Shown here one piece after another: positions 1 through 10,419 of a stretch of 64,000 bases of DNA; position 1 is the stretch's first letter, and every line of letters begins with the position of its first letter. The stretch is taken from sequence record DRR378314_1512. One strand, written 5' to 3'. Both the position numbers and the translations under genes were made by a program. The notes under the pieces are model-generated. The model was given only the letters and a program-made list of their open reading frames with translations. It searched no databases and had not been told where the DNA came from.

Positions 1-678
1 GTCAAAGACGATCCGACCGTCGCGCATCCCTATGACGCGATCACAATAGCGACGCGCTGTATCCAGTGTGTGCAGATTGGCGATCACCATGCGTCCGTCT
101 TCTTCATGGATCGCACGCAGAGACTGCATCACCACCTGCGCGTTCATCGGGTCCAGGCTGGCGATTGGCTCATCCGCAAGAATAATCTTGGGATCCTGCA
201 TCAGTGCGCGGGCGATGGCCACACGCTGCTGTTGACCGCCTGACAGTGCTTCGGCACGTTTAGAGGCCTGTTCAGCAATACCCAGACGATCCAGAATCTC
301 GATCGCCTGATAGATGTCTGATTGCGGATATAGATTGAACATCGTCGCAAGGGTCGAGCGCTTATTCAATGTGCCGTGCAACACGTTGGAAACCACATCC
401 ATGCGTGGAACCAGATTGAATTGCTGGAAGATCATCGCGCACCGGGATTGCCAGTGTCGCTTTGCAGCCCCTTTCAGGGCTGTGATTTCTTCGCCTTCGA
501 AGATGATCGTGCCGTCACTTGCGTCGCTCAGGAGGTTGATCATACGCAAAATCGTCGATTTACCCGCGCCCGAGCGGCCAATCACCCCAATCATTGTTGG
601 CTTGTCGACCGCGATAGTTGCGGCATCGACCGCCGTTTTGTCTCCGAACCGTTTGGTCAGCGCCTTGATAGTCAGCAT
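1..678 (-). CDS. phnC: Phosphonate ABC transporter ATP-binding protein (3' end runs off the window)
   Basis: Not in the ORF track. Hand translation from ATG 678: [14 protein letters not shown]...GRSGAGKST (Walker A)...[21 protein letters not shown]...[33 protein letters not shown], typical of PhnC. Confidence 0.9.
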   Translation of the reverse strand, partial: MLTIKALTKRFGDKTAVDAATIAVDKPTMIGVIGRSGAGKSTILRMINLLSDASDGTIIFEGEEITALKGAAKRHWQSRCAMIFQQFNLVPRMDVVSNVLHGTLNKRSTLATMFNLYPQSDIYQAIEILDRLGIAEQASKRAEALSGGQQQRVAIARALMQDPKIILADEPIASLDPMNAQVVMQSLRAIHEEDGRMVIANLHTLDTARRYCDRVIGMRDGRIVFD

Positions 679-716
679 ATCGCCCCCAGTGTTTGAGAGG
701 CGGATAGAGGGCCAAG

Positions 717-778
717 GCTACAACTTCATGACGAACATGCTTCAGATTTTTGACTTGTACGCGAAGGATTTGTAACAA
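717..778 (-). promoter_or_regulatory. Tandem PhoB-type Pho boxes upstream of phnC
   Basis: Minus strand reads TTGTTAC-aaat-CCTTCGC-gtac-AAGTCAA-aaat-CTGAAGC-atgt-TCGTCAT-gaag-TTGTAGC: six heptamers at exact 11-bp period resembling CTGTCAT-N4. Confidence 0.65.
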
Positions 779-891
779 CTGCCACTTGGCAGCACAGGCA
801 CGCCGTGAGGTAGTGCTTCAACCAAAAAATATTTGGGATGGTCCACAGGCCGTCGTAAAGCTGTTACTTTCGCGGGGAAAACGTCTATACT

Positions 892-1191
892 TTGTATATG
901 ACACTTCGATTGGGATGTATCATTTGCACCTGTTTGTTTTTCGCGGGGTACGCCAACGCACGGATGGCCGAAGTAAGCTGTGATGACAGCGACCGGATGG
1001 CGAACAGGCTGACAAATGTTCTGGATGCAGAACGACAAGGGACTGGCCTGCGTGACCCGGAAACAGTGCTGGAAGTTTGGGTCATGCGAAAAAGCCGTGA
1101 CTGGGTGATCGTGCAGAATTACGCAAATGGAACCTCTTGCATCGTTGCTATGGGTGAGCATTGGCAAAGCCGCCTACCGGACCCTGCATAA
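892..1191 (+). CDS. Small exported hypothetical protein with two Cys in the mature part (alphaproteobacterial type)
   Basis: Signal-peptide-like N-terminus; VSCDD...GLRDPETVLEVW...WVIVQNYANGTSCIVAMGEHW. Confidence 0.7.
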   Translation: MYMTLRLGCIICTCLFFAGYANARMAEVSCDDSDRMANRLTNVLDAERQGTGLRDPETVLEVWVMRKSRDWVIVQNYANGTSCIVAMGEHWQSRLPDPA

Positions 1192-1293
1192 TTGACCTTT
1201 GGCGCTAGGTTTGCCTCGAACCACGTGTGTGTTTATTCAGGGGTTGCCAACTCGCGGTACTCAGCCGAAAGTTCGTCTTGTTGTTACACTTAC

Positions 1294-1309
1294 CCAATAT
1301 CAGTATTGG
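1294..1309. promoter_or_regulatory. Putative operator upstream of the PotD-like gene
   Basis: Perfect inverted repeat CCAATA-tcag-TATTGG in AT-rich intergenic DNA. Confidence 0.35.
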
Positions 1310-1370
1310 ACATATGGAACGTAGCTGGTCTTAATACATTCAGTTACAATAATAGAAGGTGGACAGGGTC

Positions 1371-2432
1371 ATGAAGAAGACCGCAATATCATCAGTTATC
1401 ATAGCGACAGCGTTTGTCGCGCAAAGCGCACATTCCGAGACGCTTAGGCTATTGACCTGGGGTGGATATGCTCCGGATGAAGTGATTGCCAAATTCGAAG
1501 AAGAAACTGGCCACACTGTGGAAGTGACTACTTCAAATAATGAAGAGATGATTGCCAAGCTTCGCGCAACGAATGGCGGCGGCTTTGATTTGGCTCAGCC
1601 AAGTCAGGACCGGATTGCCAGCGCACAAGAAGAGTTTGGCATCTACAAGCCTATCGACATGTCGAAGGTGCAGGCCGATCTGTTCATTCCTTCAATGTTG
1701 AGCGCAACCGCGGCCAACAGCACATTTGACGGAGAGGTCTATGGCCTGCCGCATGTTTGGGGGACCAGTGGGCTTGTCGTGAACACCGCAGAAGCGGGTG
1801 ATATTAAGGATTATGCAGATCTTTGTGATGCATCCGTTTCGGGCAAGGTCTCTTACCGGCTGAAACGTCCGACCCTGATCGGGTTTGCATATTCCATGGG
1901 CCTTGATCCCTTCGCAGCCTATGGCGATACCGATGCTTACCAAGGCATTCTGGATCAGGTTGAGGCCAAGCTGACCGAGTGCAAACCCAATGTGAAAACC
2001 TATTGGGAAGGCGGCGATGAGATCAAGAACCTGCTGCGCTCGGGCGAGGTTGTGGCCTCGATGGCGTGGGATACTGGTGGATGGCAACTGAACGCCGATA
2101 ATCCCGACATTACGTTTGTTGCGCCCGAAGCCGGTGCACTAGGTTGGATTGACACCTTTGTTCTTCCGGCCCGCGGTCGGGCAGATGACGCGGCCTACGA
2201 CTGGATCAACTTCGTGATGCGCCCAGAGGTCGCTGCAATGATTACCAACACAGCTGGCAACTTTACCGCTGCTGTCGATGGGGATGCAGGTGTAAACGCA
2301 GATCTCAAAGCACGTTATCAAGGAAGCTTTGACCAACAGGCGATTGATAACATCAAATGGTACCCACCAGTGCCTGCTGGGCTGGAGACGCTGGAAGGTG
2401 CCACACTTGATCGTGTGAACGCGGCGAATTAA
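1371..2432 (+). CDS. Polyamine/amine ABC transporter substrate-binding protein (PotD/PotF family)
   Basis: Signal peptide MKKTA...; LLTWGGYAP, SNNEEMIAKL, WGTSGL, GWIDTFVLP motifs; start placed at ATG 1371. Confidence 0.9.
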   Translation: MKKTAISSVIIATAFVAQSAHSETLRLLTWGGYAPDEVIAKFEEETGHTVEVTTSNNEEMIAKLRATNGGGFDLAQPSQDRIASAQEEFGIYKPIDMSKVQADLFIPSMLSATAANSTFDGEVYGLPHVWGTSGLVVNTAEAGDIKDYADLCDASVSGKVSYRLKRPTLIGFAYSMGLDPFAAYGDTDAYQGILDQVEAKLTECKPNVKTYWEGGDEIKNLLRSGEVVASMAWDTGGWQLNADNPDITFVAPEAGALGWIDTFVLPARGRADDAAYDWINFVMRPEVAAMITNTAGNFTAAVDGDAGVNADLKARYQGSFDQQAIDNIKWYPPVPAGLETLEGATLDRVNAAN

Positions 2433-2457
2433 GCGTCTATTAAAGATTCAATCGAGG

Positions 2458-2483
2458 AGGGGCGCCTCGCGGCGCCCTTTTTT
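2458..2483 (+). terminator. Stem-loop with T-run after the SBP gene (terminator or mRNA stabiliser)
   Basis: AGGGGCGCC-tcgc-GGCGCCCTT followed by TTTT. Confidence 0.7.
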
Positions 2484-2504
2484 ATCAACTGAAGTGAATG
2501 CAAA

Positions 2505-3611
2505 ATGACAGACGCCCCCGATCTCGTCTGCCGTGATCTGGTCAAGGAATTTGATCAGTTTCGCGCAGTGGACCATGTCAGTTTCGAAGTGCCGCAGGGC
2601 TCATTCTTTTCCATTTTGGGTCCGTCAGGATGTGGCAAGACCACGTTGCTGCGAATGATCGCCGGGTTCCAGGCCCCATCGGATGGTGAGCTTTTGATCA
2701 AAGGTAAATCCATGATCGAGGTGCCGCCGAACAAGCGCCCTGTATCGATGGTGTTTCAACATCTGGCGTTGTTTCCGACGATGAATATTGGCGATAATGT
2801 CGGGTTTGGCCTGCGTCAACGCGGTGTTAACCGGACCGACATCAAGAAACGCGTAGAAGAAGTGCTTGCGCGCGTTGGCCTGCCTGGCACATCTGGCCGC
2901 CGTGTTGATCAACTCTCAGGGGGGCAGAGGCAACGCGTCGCCATTGCGCGGTGCATGATTCTTGAACCGGATCTGCTGTTGTTGGACGAGCCGCTGGGTG
3001 CGCTCGACCTTAAACTGCGTGAACATATGAAGCTTGAACTCAAAGCACTTCAGCACGAGTTTGGGACAACATTCGTCTACATCACACATGACCAATCCGA
3101 GGCTTTGGTGATGAGCGACAATGTGGCGGTCATGAATCATGGCCGGTTTGAACAGATCGGAAGCCCGCACGAAATTTATTACAAACCGGCGACAGCATTT
3201 GTTGCAGGATTCGTTGGGGACGCCAATCGATTTAGTGCAAGGGTCAAAGATAGCTCGGAAGATACGCTGATTTTGGAAACCGAAGCCGGATCGACGATGG
3301 AGGTCAAGGCAAAAATGGCTGACCTCAATGTGGGTCAACACGCACAGGTCTTTCTGCGACCCGAGGCAATTGAGCTTGCCAAATCCAAAGAACAAATCAC
3401 GGGCAATTCCAATGTCACGTCGGGAACGGTGACATCGGTGTTGTTCAACGGGGCAAACAGTATGGTTGCCCTACGCGAAACCGGGTCGGGTGCAACGCTG
3501 AATGTCGCCCTGCCGCAAACCGGCGCTTTTTCGGACCTCAGCGAAGGTGATGAGATTTTTGCAAGCTGGCACCCAACAAAGGCCCGCTGCTATCCGGGTG
3601 ATGGGGCCTGA
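2505..3611 (+). CDS. ABC transporter ATP-binding protein (PotA family)
   Basis: GPSGCGKTT, LSGGQRQRVAIAR, LLLLDEPLGALD, YITHDQSEAL; C-terminal TOBE-like domain. Confidence 0.95.
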   Translation: MTDAPDLVCRDLVKEFDQFRAVDHVSFEVPQGSFFSILGPSGCGKTTLLRMIAGFQAPSDGELLIKGKSMIEVPPNKRPVSMVFQHLALFPTMNIGDNVGFGLRQRGVNRTDIKKRVEEVLARVGLPGTSGRRVDQLSGGQRQRVAIARCMILEPDLLLLDEPLGALDLKLREHMKLELKALQHEFGTTFVYITHDQSEALVMSDNVAVMNHGRFEQIGSPHEIYYKPATAFVAGFVGDANRFSARVKDSSEDTLILETEAGSTMEVKAKMADLNVGQHAQVFLRPEAIELAKSKEQITGNSNVTSGTVTSVLFNGANSMVALRETGSGATLNVALPQTGAFSDLSEGDEIFASWHPTKARCYPGDGA

Positions 3612-3613
3612 TT

Positions 3614-4477
3614 ATGTCACGCGATGCATCCAAACTCGGGTTCTATCTATTGTTGGCACCGCTTCTTCTGTGGCTGGTGTTGTTAATTATCCTCCCACAT
3701 ATCGGGCTTTTTGTTGTTTCGGTGTCGGAAAAGGTAGGTGTGCGCGAATATGAGATCGGGTTGGGCAACTATGCGGCATTTTTTACCGAACCACTTTATT
3801 GGAGGACTTTTGCGCGCACGGCGATCATGTCGATCTTGGCGACAGGGCTAACACTGATCCTTGGCTTCCCCATCGCATATTACATCGCGAAGCTTACCAA
3901 AGGGCGGACGAAAACCACGCTATTTCTGATGTGCATGATCCCGTTCTGGGTGTCCGAATTGGTCCGCACCTACGGCTGGATGATCCTGCTGCGAGAATCC
4001 GGTGTGTTTTCAAGTTTTCTGCAATATGTCGGGCTCGCTTCCGGCCCAGTTGAGATGCTGTACAACGACGCCGCAATAATGGTTGGCCTTGTCTATACAT
4101 CGATCCTGTTTATGGTCGTGCCCTTGGTCACGACGCTCGATAGCCTGGACGACAGCCTGATCGAGGCGGGCTATGACCTTGGTGGAAGCAGCTTTTCCAT
4201 TCTCCGGGAAATCGTGATCCCACATGCAATGCCTGGGATCGTGTCAGGGTGTATTGTTGTGTTCATGCTGTCGCTTGGCAACTACCTTACACCTATCCTG
4301 TTGGGCGGTAAGGACAGCCTGTGGTTCACCGGCATGATCTATACGCAGTTTATTACCCGATTTAACTGGGAGCTAGGCTCGGCCTTTGGCTTCCTTCTTC
4401 TGGCACTGTCCTCGGTAATGGTCTTTGTCGGGCTGAAACTTTCGCGGCAATCGCTGTCCGGCACGATGGGGCGTTAA
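3614..4477 (+). CDS. ABC transporter permease (PotB family)
   Basis: Hydrophobic; PFWVSELVRTYGW; EAA loop LIEAGYDLGGS. Confidence 0.93.
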   Translation: MSRDASKLGFYLLLAPLLLWLVLLIILPHIGLFVVSVSEKVGVREYEIGLGNYAAFFTEPLYWRTFARTAIMSILATGLTLILGFPIAYYIAKLTKGRTKTTLFLMCMIPFWVSELVRTYGWMILLRESGVFSSFLQYVGLASGPVEMLYNDAAIMVGLVYTSILFMVVPLVTTLDSLDDSLIEAGYDLGGSSFSILREIVIPHAMPGIVSGCIVVFMLSLGNYLTPILLGGKDSLWFTGMIYTQFITRFNWELGSAFGFLLLALSSVMVFVGLKLSRQSLSGTMGR

Positions 4478-4478
4478 G

Positions 4479-5333
4479 ATGATACCAACCGTTCCACAGC
4501 CTGCCGTGATGACATGGTGTTACCGTGCCTATGTCATTTTGTTTTTCGTCTATCTCGCGCTGCCGCTCTCGGTGGTATGCCTTTTTGCCTTCAATAATTC
4601 GGTCTTTCCATCATTGCCCTGGGAAGGGTTCACGCTTGCGTGGTTTTTTGGCTCTGATGCACCATACATCGGCGTGTTCAATGAGCGTTCGATTTTGCGG
4701 GCAATCGGAACCTCAGCCTTTGTCGCAGTTTGGGTGGCTGGTCTGGCCGTTGTGGTGGGCACGTGCAATGCGTTTCTTTTTGTACGCCATGAGTTTCGCG
4801 GCAAAGCACTGTTATATATGCTGATGCTTCTGCCGTTGATCATACCCGGGGTGATATTGGGTATTTCGATCCTTGTGTTTTCCAGCGCGGTGGCAAACAC
4901 GCTGGAGGATGCGACCGGGATGTGGTTTGACGGTTTGCGACCTGGGTTGCCCCTTGTCATTCTGGGTCAATTTTCTTTTGTCGCAACATTCGCCACGTTG
5001 GTGATTTCCGCACGTTTGCAAAAGTTTGATCCTAGCCTTGAAGAAGCAGCCCTGAATCTTGGGGCAAGTAAGTTCGGTGCTGTCCGGCAGATCACGTTGC
5101 CATTTTTGCTTCCTGCGATCGTCGCTTCGGCTATCGTCTCGGTGCTTATGAGTTTTGAGAATTTCAACACCACTTTGATGCTTGTGGGGTCGGAATCACC
5201 GCTTACCATCACCATGTTCGACAAGCTAAAACAGGGGTCAACTCCGGTTCTGAATGCGGTTTCTCTGCTATTGATCGTCATATCGGCTGCAATTGGTTTG
5301 ATGTCGTTGCTCTTTCAGAATTCCAAACGCTAA
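4479..5333 (+). CDS. ABC transporter permease (PotC family)
   Basis: Hydrophobic; FDPSLEEAALNLGAS EAA loop. Confidence 0.93.
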   Translation: MIPTVPQPAVMTWCYRAYVILFFVYLALPLSVVCLFAFNNSVFPSLPWEGFTLAWFFGSDAPYIGVFNERSILRAIGTSAFVAVWVAGLAVVVGTCNAFLFVRHEFRGKALLYMLMLLPLIIPGVILGISILVFSSAVANTLEDATGMWFDGLRPGLPLVILGQFSFVATFATLVISARLQKFDPSLEEAALNLGASKFGAVRQITLPFLLPAIVASAIVSVLMSFENFNTTLMLVGSESPLTITMFDKLKQGSTPVLNAVSLLLIVISAAIGLMSLLFQNSKR

Positions 5334-5586
5334 AGGGTGAAAACCAGTTCAATGCGAAGTGATTACGCCTTGAGCGGAATTTGTGCCATCATGCACGGAC
5401 AAGTAAGCCCATTTAGCGCGGCAATTCAGTCTGTGGATCGGGCAATGTAGAATTAACGCTGTTCGACCGCGCATTGTGTGGGCCAGTAATAATAGCCACT
5501 TTCGCCCGAAAATAGCGGGCAGCGGCAACGAGGTTCGATTTGGCCATTTCGCAATTCCAATTTCCAAACACAATTCCGGAGCAAAG

Positions 5587-7644
5587 ATGCGGATCAGCGT
5601 AGGGGTTGCGGTGACAATGCTGGTTGCGCTGTCAATTGGCGTGTCGACCTTTGTCGTGCATTCGCTCTGGTGGACGACTGCACGCGAAAACAGCCGGATG
5701 CTTGCAGCCGAGATCAATAGCCAGATCGCGAATACCGTCCGGATCGAAGTCGGGCTGACGCTCAGATCGGCCGAGGCGGCATGGGCGGCAGTGCGAACGA
5801 TCTTTGTTCAGGACGTCATCGCGACGCGACAAGCCGACAAGCGAGAGTTTGTTTTTCTTTCGCAACTGCAGGCACAACCCAACATCTCATGGATCATGTT
5901 CGGCTGGCCGGACGGAAATTTCTTCGCGGCGCACCGTTTGGGGGATGGTGGGCTTGAGATGATCGAGATTGATAGCGAAATCCAAGATGGCATGCTGCGG
6001 ACTGACCGGTACATCTTTATCCCTGGTGATATTCAGTTTGAGGAGCGGAGTTTCTCCCCGACGAACTTTGACCCACGTGAACACGCATGGTTTGATAATT
6101 TCATAGGTCTGAGCACAGCGGACTGGATCGAGGCCCGCGATCTGCCGGGCAGCCACAGGACCGTTTATGCGTTTGCGGGCCCTGTGGATGTAAATCGCAG
6201 ACGGCAAGGTGTACTGGCGGTGGCCATCGAAACTGATCGTCTGTCGCGTTTTCTCGGCACCTTGCGACCAGGTGAATTTGGCGCCGCTTTTATTCTGGAC
6301 GCCGAGGGGAATGTGATTGCGGTTCCGGACCCAGACGCGGATGAGGTTACACCCGCGCGCATGGGCGAAGGCGAACTTTTCGAGGTTGCCAAGATGTCAG
6401 GGCAGCAACTTCTGGGGAATTCGAACGCGCGCGCAACAATGAACTCCACGACAAGGGTAGTCAGCGATGGAGTACCCTATGCGGTCGCGCTGACGCCGCT
6501 TGGGTTTTATGGGTGGCGTGTTGCCACTGTTATTCCCGAGTCTACCTTCTTGTCAGGGATCGACGAGACATTGGTGAATCTGCTCTATATTCTGGTTGGT
6601 GTTGTCATCGTAGCGACGGGGTTGGCCATTTGGCTGGTTAGAACAGTTGTTTCAAACCCCTTGGCGCGCATCGTCGAAGACCTGAGCCGGGTCGAGCGGT
6701 TTGATACCGAAAAAATCACGAGCCGACCCTCGAAACTCAGGGAACTTTCGAACCTTTCAGCGGCCACGGCGAACATGGCGGCTGGCCTGTCAGCTTTTCG
6801 CAAATATGTGCCGACTGATCTTGTCCGGATGCTGGTCGCAGAGGGGATCAACACGCAGCCAGGTGGAGAGATCAAGCGGATTTCGGTTCTGTTTTGCGAC
6901 GTAGCCGGTTTCACGGGGCTTTCAGAAAAACTTGGACCTGAAATCGTTCAGTTGATGGCGCCGTTCTTCAGTGCTGCTTCGTCAGCGATCGCGCGGCATA
7001 ATGGAACGATTGATAAGTTCATGGGTGATGCGGTCATGGCCTTCTGGGGCGCGCCGCGTGCAGATCCTAATCATGCCGAAAATGCCTGCCGGGCGGCTTT
7101 GGACCTTGTCGAGTCGGTCGCTGCGACGGGCATCAAGGATGATGAAGGACGCCCGCTGAGCATCCGCGTGGGGCTAAACACAGGCGAGGCGCTGGTCGGA
7201 AATATCGGTTCGGAAGAGCGATTGAACTACACAGCTATCGGTGATGCTGTAAACATTGCGAGCCGATTGGAAGGTGCCAACAAAGTCTATGGCTCCTCGG
7301 TTCTGATCGGTCCGGAAACCCGCCGTGCAGCTGGTGGTTCAATCATTGTTCGTGAGCTTGACACATTGGCTGTCTTTGGTCGAACTGGCGGCCTTGTCAT
7401 TTACGAACTGATTGCAATGGCCGACAAATCCCAAGGAACATATCCTTGGATTGCGGCTTATGAAGAGGGTCTGGAACACTATCGAAATCGCCGTTTCGAC
7501 GCGGCAATCCTGGCTTTTGTTGCTGCGGAAAAAGCCCGTGGCGCGGACCCGGTTTCAGCCGTTATGAAAGAACGTGCTTCGGAATATATATCCACGCCTC
7601 CACCAGCTGACTGGAAAGGTGTTGCAGTGGCGGAGTCAAAGTGA
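5587..7644 (+). CDS. Membrane class III adenylate cyclase with periplasmic Cache-like sensor and HAMP-like linker
   Basis: Two TM helices flank a periplasmic domain; SVLFCDVAGFTGLSE, IDKFMGDAVMAFW, YTAIGDAVNIASRLEG; start placed at ATG 5587 after GGAG. Confidence 0.9.
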   Translation: MRISVGVAVTMLVALSIGVSTFVVHSLWWTTARENSRMLAAEINSQIANTVRIEVGLTLRSAEAAWAAVRTIFVQDVIATRQADKREFVFLSQLQAQPNISWIMFGWPDGNFFAAHRLGDGGLEMIEIDSEIQDGMLRTDRYIFIPGDIQFEERSFSPTNFDPREHAWFDNFIGLSTADWIEARDLPGSHRTVYAFAGPVDVNRRRQGVLAVAIETDRLSRFLGTLRPGEFGAAFILDAEGNVIAVPDPDADEVTPARMGEGELFEVAKMSGQQLLGNSNARATMNSTTRVVSDGVPYAVALTPLGFYGWRVATVIPESTFLSGIDETLVNLLYILVGVVIVATGLAIWLVRTVVSNPLARIVEDLSRVERFDTEKITSRPSKLRELSNLSAATANMAAGLSAFRKYVPTDLVRMLVAEGINTQPGGEIKRISVLFCDVAGFTGLSEKLGPEIVQLMAPFFSAASSAIARHNGTIDKFMGDAVMAFWGAPRADPNHAENACRAALDLVESVAATGIKDDEGRPLSIRVGLNTGEALVGNIGSEERLNYTAIGDAVNIASRLEGANKVYGSSVLIGPETRRAAGGSIIVRELDTLAVFGRTGGLVIYELIAMADKSQGTYPWIAAYEEGLEHYRNRRFDAAILAFVAAEKARGADPVSAVMKERASEYISTPPPADWKGVAVAESK

Positions 7645-7660
7645 AGCGACCGATAGCGTG

Positions 7661-8989
7661 TTAGATATCGAGCGTGTTATCCTTTTCCCAGCGCGAGAAA
7701 TGGGAAACGAACGAGTTCCACTCCTGATGTTTCATTTTGAGGAAGGCCGATGAGAACTCGGCACCCATCATTGCTTTCAGCTCTTTGTCCTTGTCGTACT
7801 CGCGCAGCGCATCGAGCATGTTCAATGGCAGTTTGGGCGCGCCGCGCACCTTGTGGCCCTCGGCATACATGTCGATATCATACCGCTTGCCCGGGTCCGC
7901 CTTTGAGCGGATACCTGACAGACCGGCCGCAATTATCACGGCCTGCAGCAGATAGGGATTGGTTGCACCGTCCGGCAGGCGCAGCTCGAACCGGCCAGGT
8001 CCGGGGACGCGCACCATGTGTGTCCGATTGTTGCCCGTCCAGGTGACCGTGTTGGGCGCCCATGTGGCCCCTGACATTGTGCGCGGCGCGTTGATGCGCT
8101 TATAGGAGTTCACGGTGGGATTCGTGATTGCCGCCAAAGCGCTGGCATGTTTCATGATGCCGCCGAGAAAATGTTTTCCCTGCTCGGCCAAACCCAGTTC
8201 ACCTGTCGGGCCGTCACCTTCACCCGCAAACACGTTGATCTTTGCGTCCGCTCCCGGCGCATCCCAGACCGAAATATGGGCGTGGCAGCCATTGCCTGTC
8301 AGACCTTCGATCGGTTTTGGCATGAACGTGGCGCGTAGCCCGTGTTTTTCGGCCACCGACTTGGTCATGAACTTGAAAAAGGAATGCTTATCTGCCGTGC
8401 GTAGGGCGTCATCGAACTCCCAGTTCATTTCGAACTGCCCGTTCGCGTCTTCGTGGTCGTTCTGGTACGGACCCCAGCCCAATTCCAGCATGTAGTCGCA
8501 GATCTCACGCACCACATCATAACGGCGCATCACCGCCTGCTGGTCGTAGCATGGTTTCTCGGCGGTATCGAACGGATCGCTGATCTGTTCACCGTCCGGG
8601 GACAGTAGAAAGAACTCTGCCTCGATGCCCGTTTTCACGTGCAGACCTTCGTCGGCTGCCTCGCTGATCAGACGGCGCAACACATTGCGCGGTGCTTGCG
8701 CGACGTCTTCGCCTTCCATAACACAATTGCCAGCCACCCAGGCGACATCGGGTTTCCATGGCAGTTGGACCACCGATGACGGATCCGGTACTGCCAACAT
8801 GTCGGGATGCGCGGGGGTCATGTCCAGCCAGGTCGCAAACCCGGCGAAACCTGCCCCTTCTTCCTGCATATCCGCAATTGCCTGCGCGGGAACCAGCTTG
8901 GCCCGCTGCCCACCGAACAGGTCGGTGAACGAAATCATGAAATATTTGACGCCTTTTTCCTTGGCGAAAGCTGCCAGATCTATGGTCAT
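7661..8989 (-). CDS. gmaS: Gamma-glutamylmethylamide synthetase (type III glutamine synthetase family, GlnT)
   Basis: GAGFAGFATWLD, KPCYDQQAVMRRY, QNDHEDANGQFEMNW, SGATWAPN, GNNRTHMVRVP; lies downstream of mgsABC. Confidence 0.92.
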   Translation of the reverse strand: MTIDLAAFAKEKGVKYFMISFTDLFGGQRAKLVPAQAIADMQEEGAGFAGFATWLDMTPAHPDMLAVPDPSSVVQLPWKPDVAWVAGNCVMEGEDVAQAPRNVLRRLISEAADEGLHVKTGIEAEFFLLSPDGEQISDPFDTAEKPCYDQQAVMRRYDVVREICDYMLELGWGPYQNDHEDANGQFEMNWEFDDALRTADKHSFFKFMTKSVAEKHGLRATFMPKPIEGLTGNGCHAHISVWDAPGADAKINVFAGEGDGPTGELGLAEQGKHFLGGIMKHASALAAITNPTVNSYKRINAPRTMSGATWAPNTVTWTGNNRTHMVRVPGPGRFELRLPDGATNPYLLQAVIIAAGLSGIRSKADPGKRYDIDMYAEGHKVRGAPKLPLNMLDALREYDKDKELKAMMGAEFSSAFLKMKHQEWNSFVSHFSRWEKDNTLDI

Positions 8990-9067
8990 GGTCGGCTTCC
9001 CTTTCCCTGTTGGTATAAAAAATGAAAAAGGCGCGGTCCGCGTTGCGAAACCCCGCCCTTTGTTTGT

Positions 9068-10408
9068 TCAGTACCCTCCGCCTTTACCTGGATACCAGTC
9101 GGTGCCGGCTAGGGGTACTTTGGCCATCGCCGCTGCCTCCATCGTCAGCGCGCAAAGGTCTTCCGGTTCCAAGTTGTGCAAGTGGTTATGTCCGCAGGCG
9201 CGCGCGATTGTCTGTGCCTCAAGCGTCATAACCTTGAGATAATTGCGTAGTCTGCGACCTGCATCTACCGGATCAAGGCGCGCCGCTAGTTCGGGATCCT
9301 GAGTGGTGATCCCCGCCGGGTCCTGCCCTTCGTGCCAGTCATCATACGCCCCGGTTGTTGACCCGAGCTTTTGGTACTCGGCCTCCCACTTCGGGTCATT
9401 GTCACCGATCGCAATCATCGCAGCTGTGCCAATCGACACTGCATCCGCACCAAGAGCCATCGCCTTGGCGACATCGGCCCCGGTTCGGATACCGCCCGAG
9501 ATCACCAGTTGCACCTCGCGATGCACGCCCAAGTCCTGCAAGGCCTGAACGGCAGGCCGGATACAGGCGAGGGTGGGGATGCCGACATGTTCGATGAACA
9601 CATCCTGCGTGGCTGCAGTACCCCCTTGCATCCCATCCATCACAACGACATCCGCGCCTGCCTTAACGGCCAAAGCAGTGTCGTAGTAGGGCCGCGTGGC
9701 ACCGACTTTTACGTAGATCGGCACCTGCCAATTGGTGATTTCGCGCAACTCAAGTATCTTGATTTCGAGATCATCAGGCCCGGTCCAATCCGGGTGCCGG
9801 CAGGCCGAACGCTGATCTATCCCTTTCGGCAATGTCCGCATGTCGGCCACGCGATCAGATATCTTCTGCCCAAGCAACATGCCCCCGCCACCGGGTTTCG
9901 CACCTTGGCCCACGACGACTTCGATGGCGTCCGCCTTGCGCAGATCGTTGGGGTTCATACCATAGCGCGAGGGCAGATATTGGTAGACCAGCTTGCTGGA
10001 ATGGCCACGCTCCTCGGGCGTCATGCCACCATCGCCGGTGGTGGTCGAGGTCCCTGCCATCGAAGCCCCACGACCCAGTGCCTCTTTCGCAGGACCAGAC
10101 AGCGCACCAAAGCTCATGCCTGCAATCGTGATCGGAATGTCCAGATGAATGGGATTTTTGGCAAAACGTGTACCCAGAGTTACCGAAGTGTCGCAGCGTT
10201 CCCGATAGCCCTCCAACGGATACCGGCTGACTGACGCACCCAGAAACAACAGGTCGTCAAAGTGCGGTACCTTGCGTTTGGCGCCACCGCCGCGAATGTC
10301 ATAGATACCGGTCGCAGCGGCGCGACGGATCTCTGCGTTGATCGGATTAGTGAATGTTGCCGACTGAATCGGCACGGTACGGGGGATCTGATCGTCCATA
10401 TCTTTCAT
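9068..10408 (-). CDS. mgsC: N-methylglutamate synthase subunit C (FMN-binding glutamate synthase domain, GlxD)
   Basis: AGMSFGALS, TTTGDGGM, GQGAKPGGGG, RSACRHPDWTGPDDL, DGMQGGTAA. Confidence 0.92.
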   Translation of the reverse strand: MKDMDDQIPRTVPIQSATFTNPINAEIRRAAATGIYDIRGGGAKRKVPHFDDLLFLGASVSRYPLEGYRERCDTSVTLGTRFAKNPIHLDIPITIAGMSFGALSGPAKEALGRGASMAGTSTTTGDGGMTPEERGHSSKLVYQYLPSRYGMNPNDLRKADAIEVVVGQGAKPGGGGMLLGQKISDRVADMRTLPKGIDQRSACRHPDWTGPDDLEIKILELREITNWQVPIYVKVGATRPYYDTALAVKAGADVVVMDGMQGGTAATQDVFIEHVGIPTLACIRPAVQALQDLGVHREVQLVISGGIRTGADVAKAMALGADAVSIGTAAMIAIGDNDPKWEAEYQKLGSTTGAYDDWHEGQDPAGITTQDPELAARLDPVDAGRRLRNYLKVMTLEAQTIARACGHNHLHNLEPEDLCALTMEAAAMAKVPLAGTDWYPGKGGGY

Positions 10409-10419
10409 GCCCTTATTCT

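Noticed and set aside
7661-8989. Housekeeping glutamine synthetase glnA
   Set aside because: Type III motifs and operon position behind mgsABC indicate GmaS
9371-10234. 287-aa plus-strand ORF (similarly 14232-15014, 15272-16066, 53543-54418)
   Set aside because: Antisense shadows of well-supported genes, expected in GC-rich coding DNA
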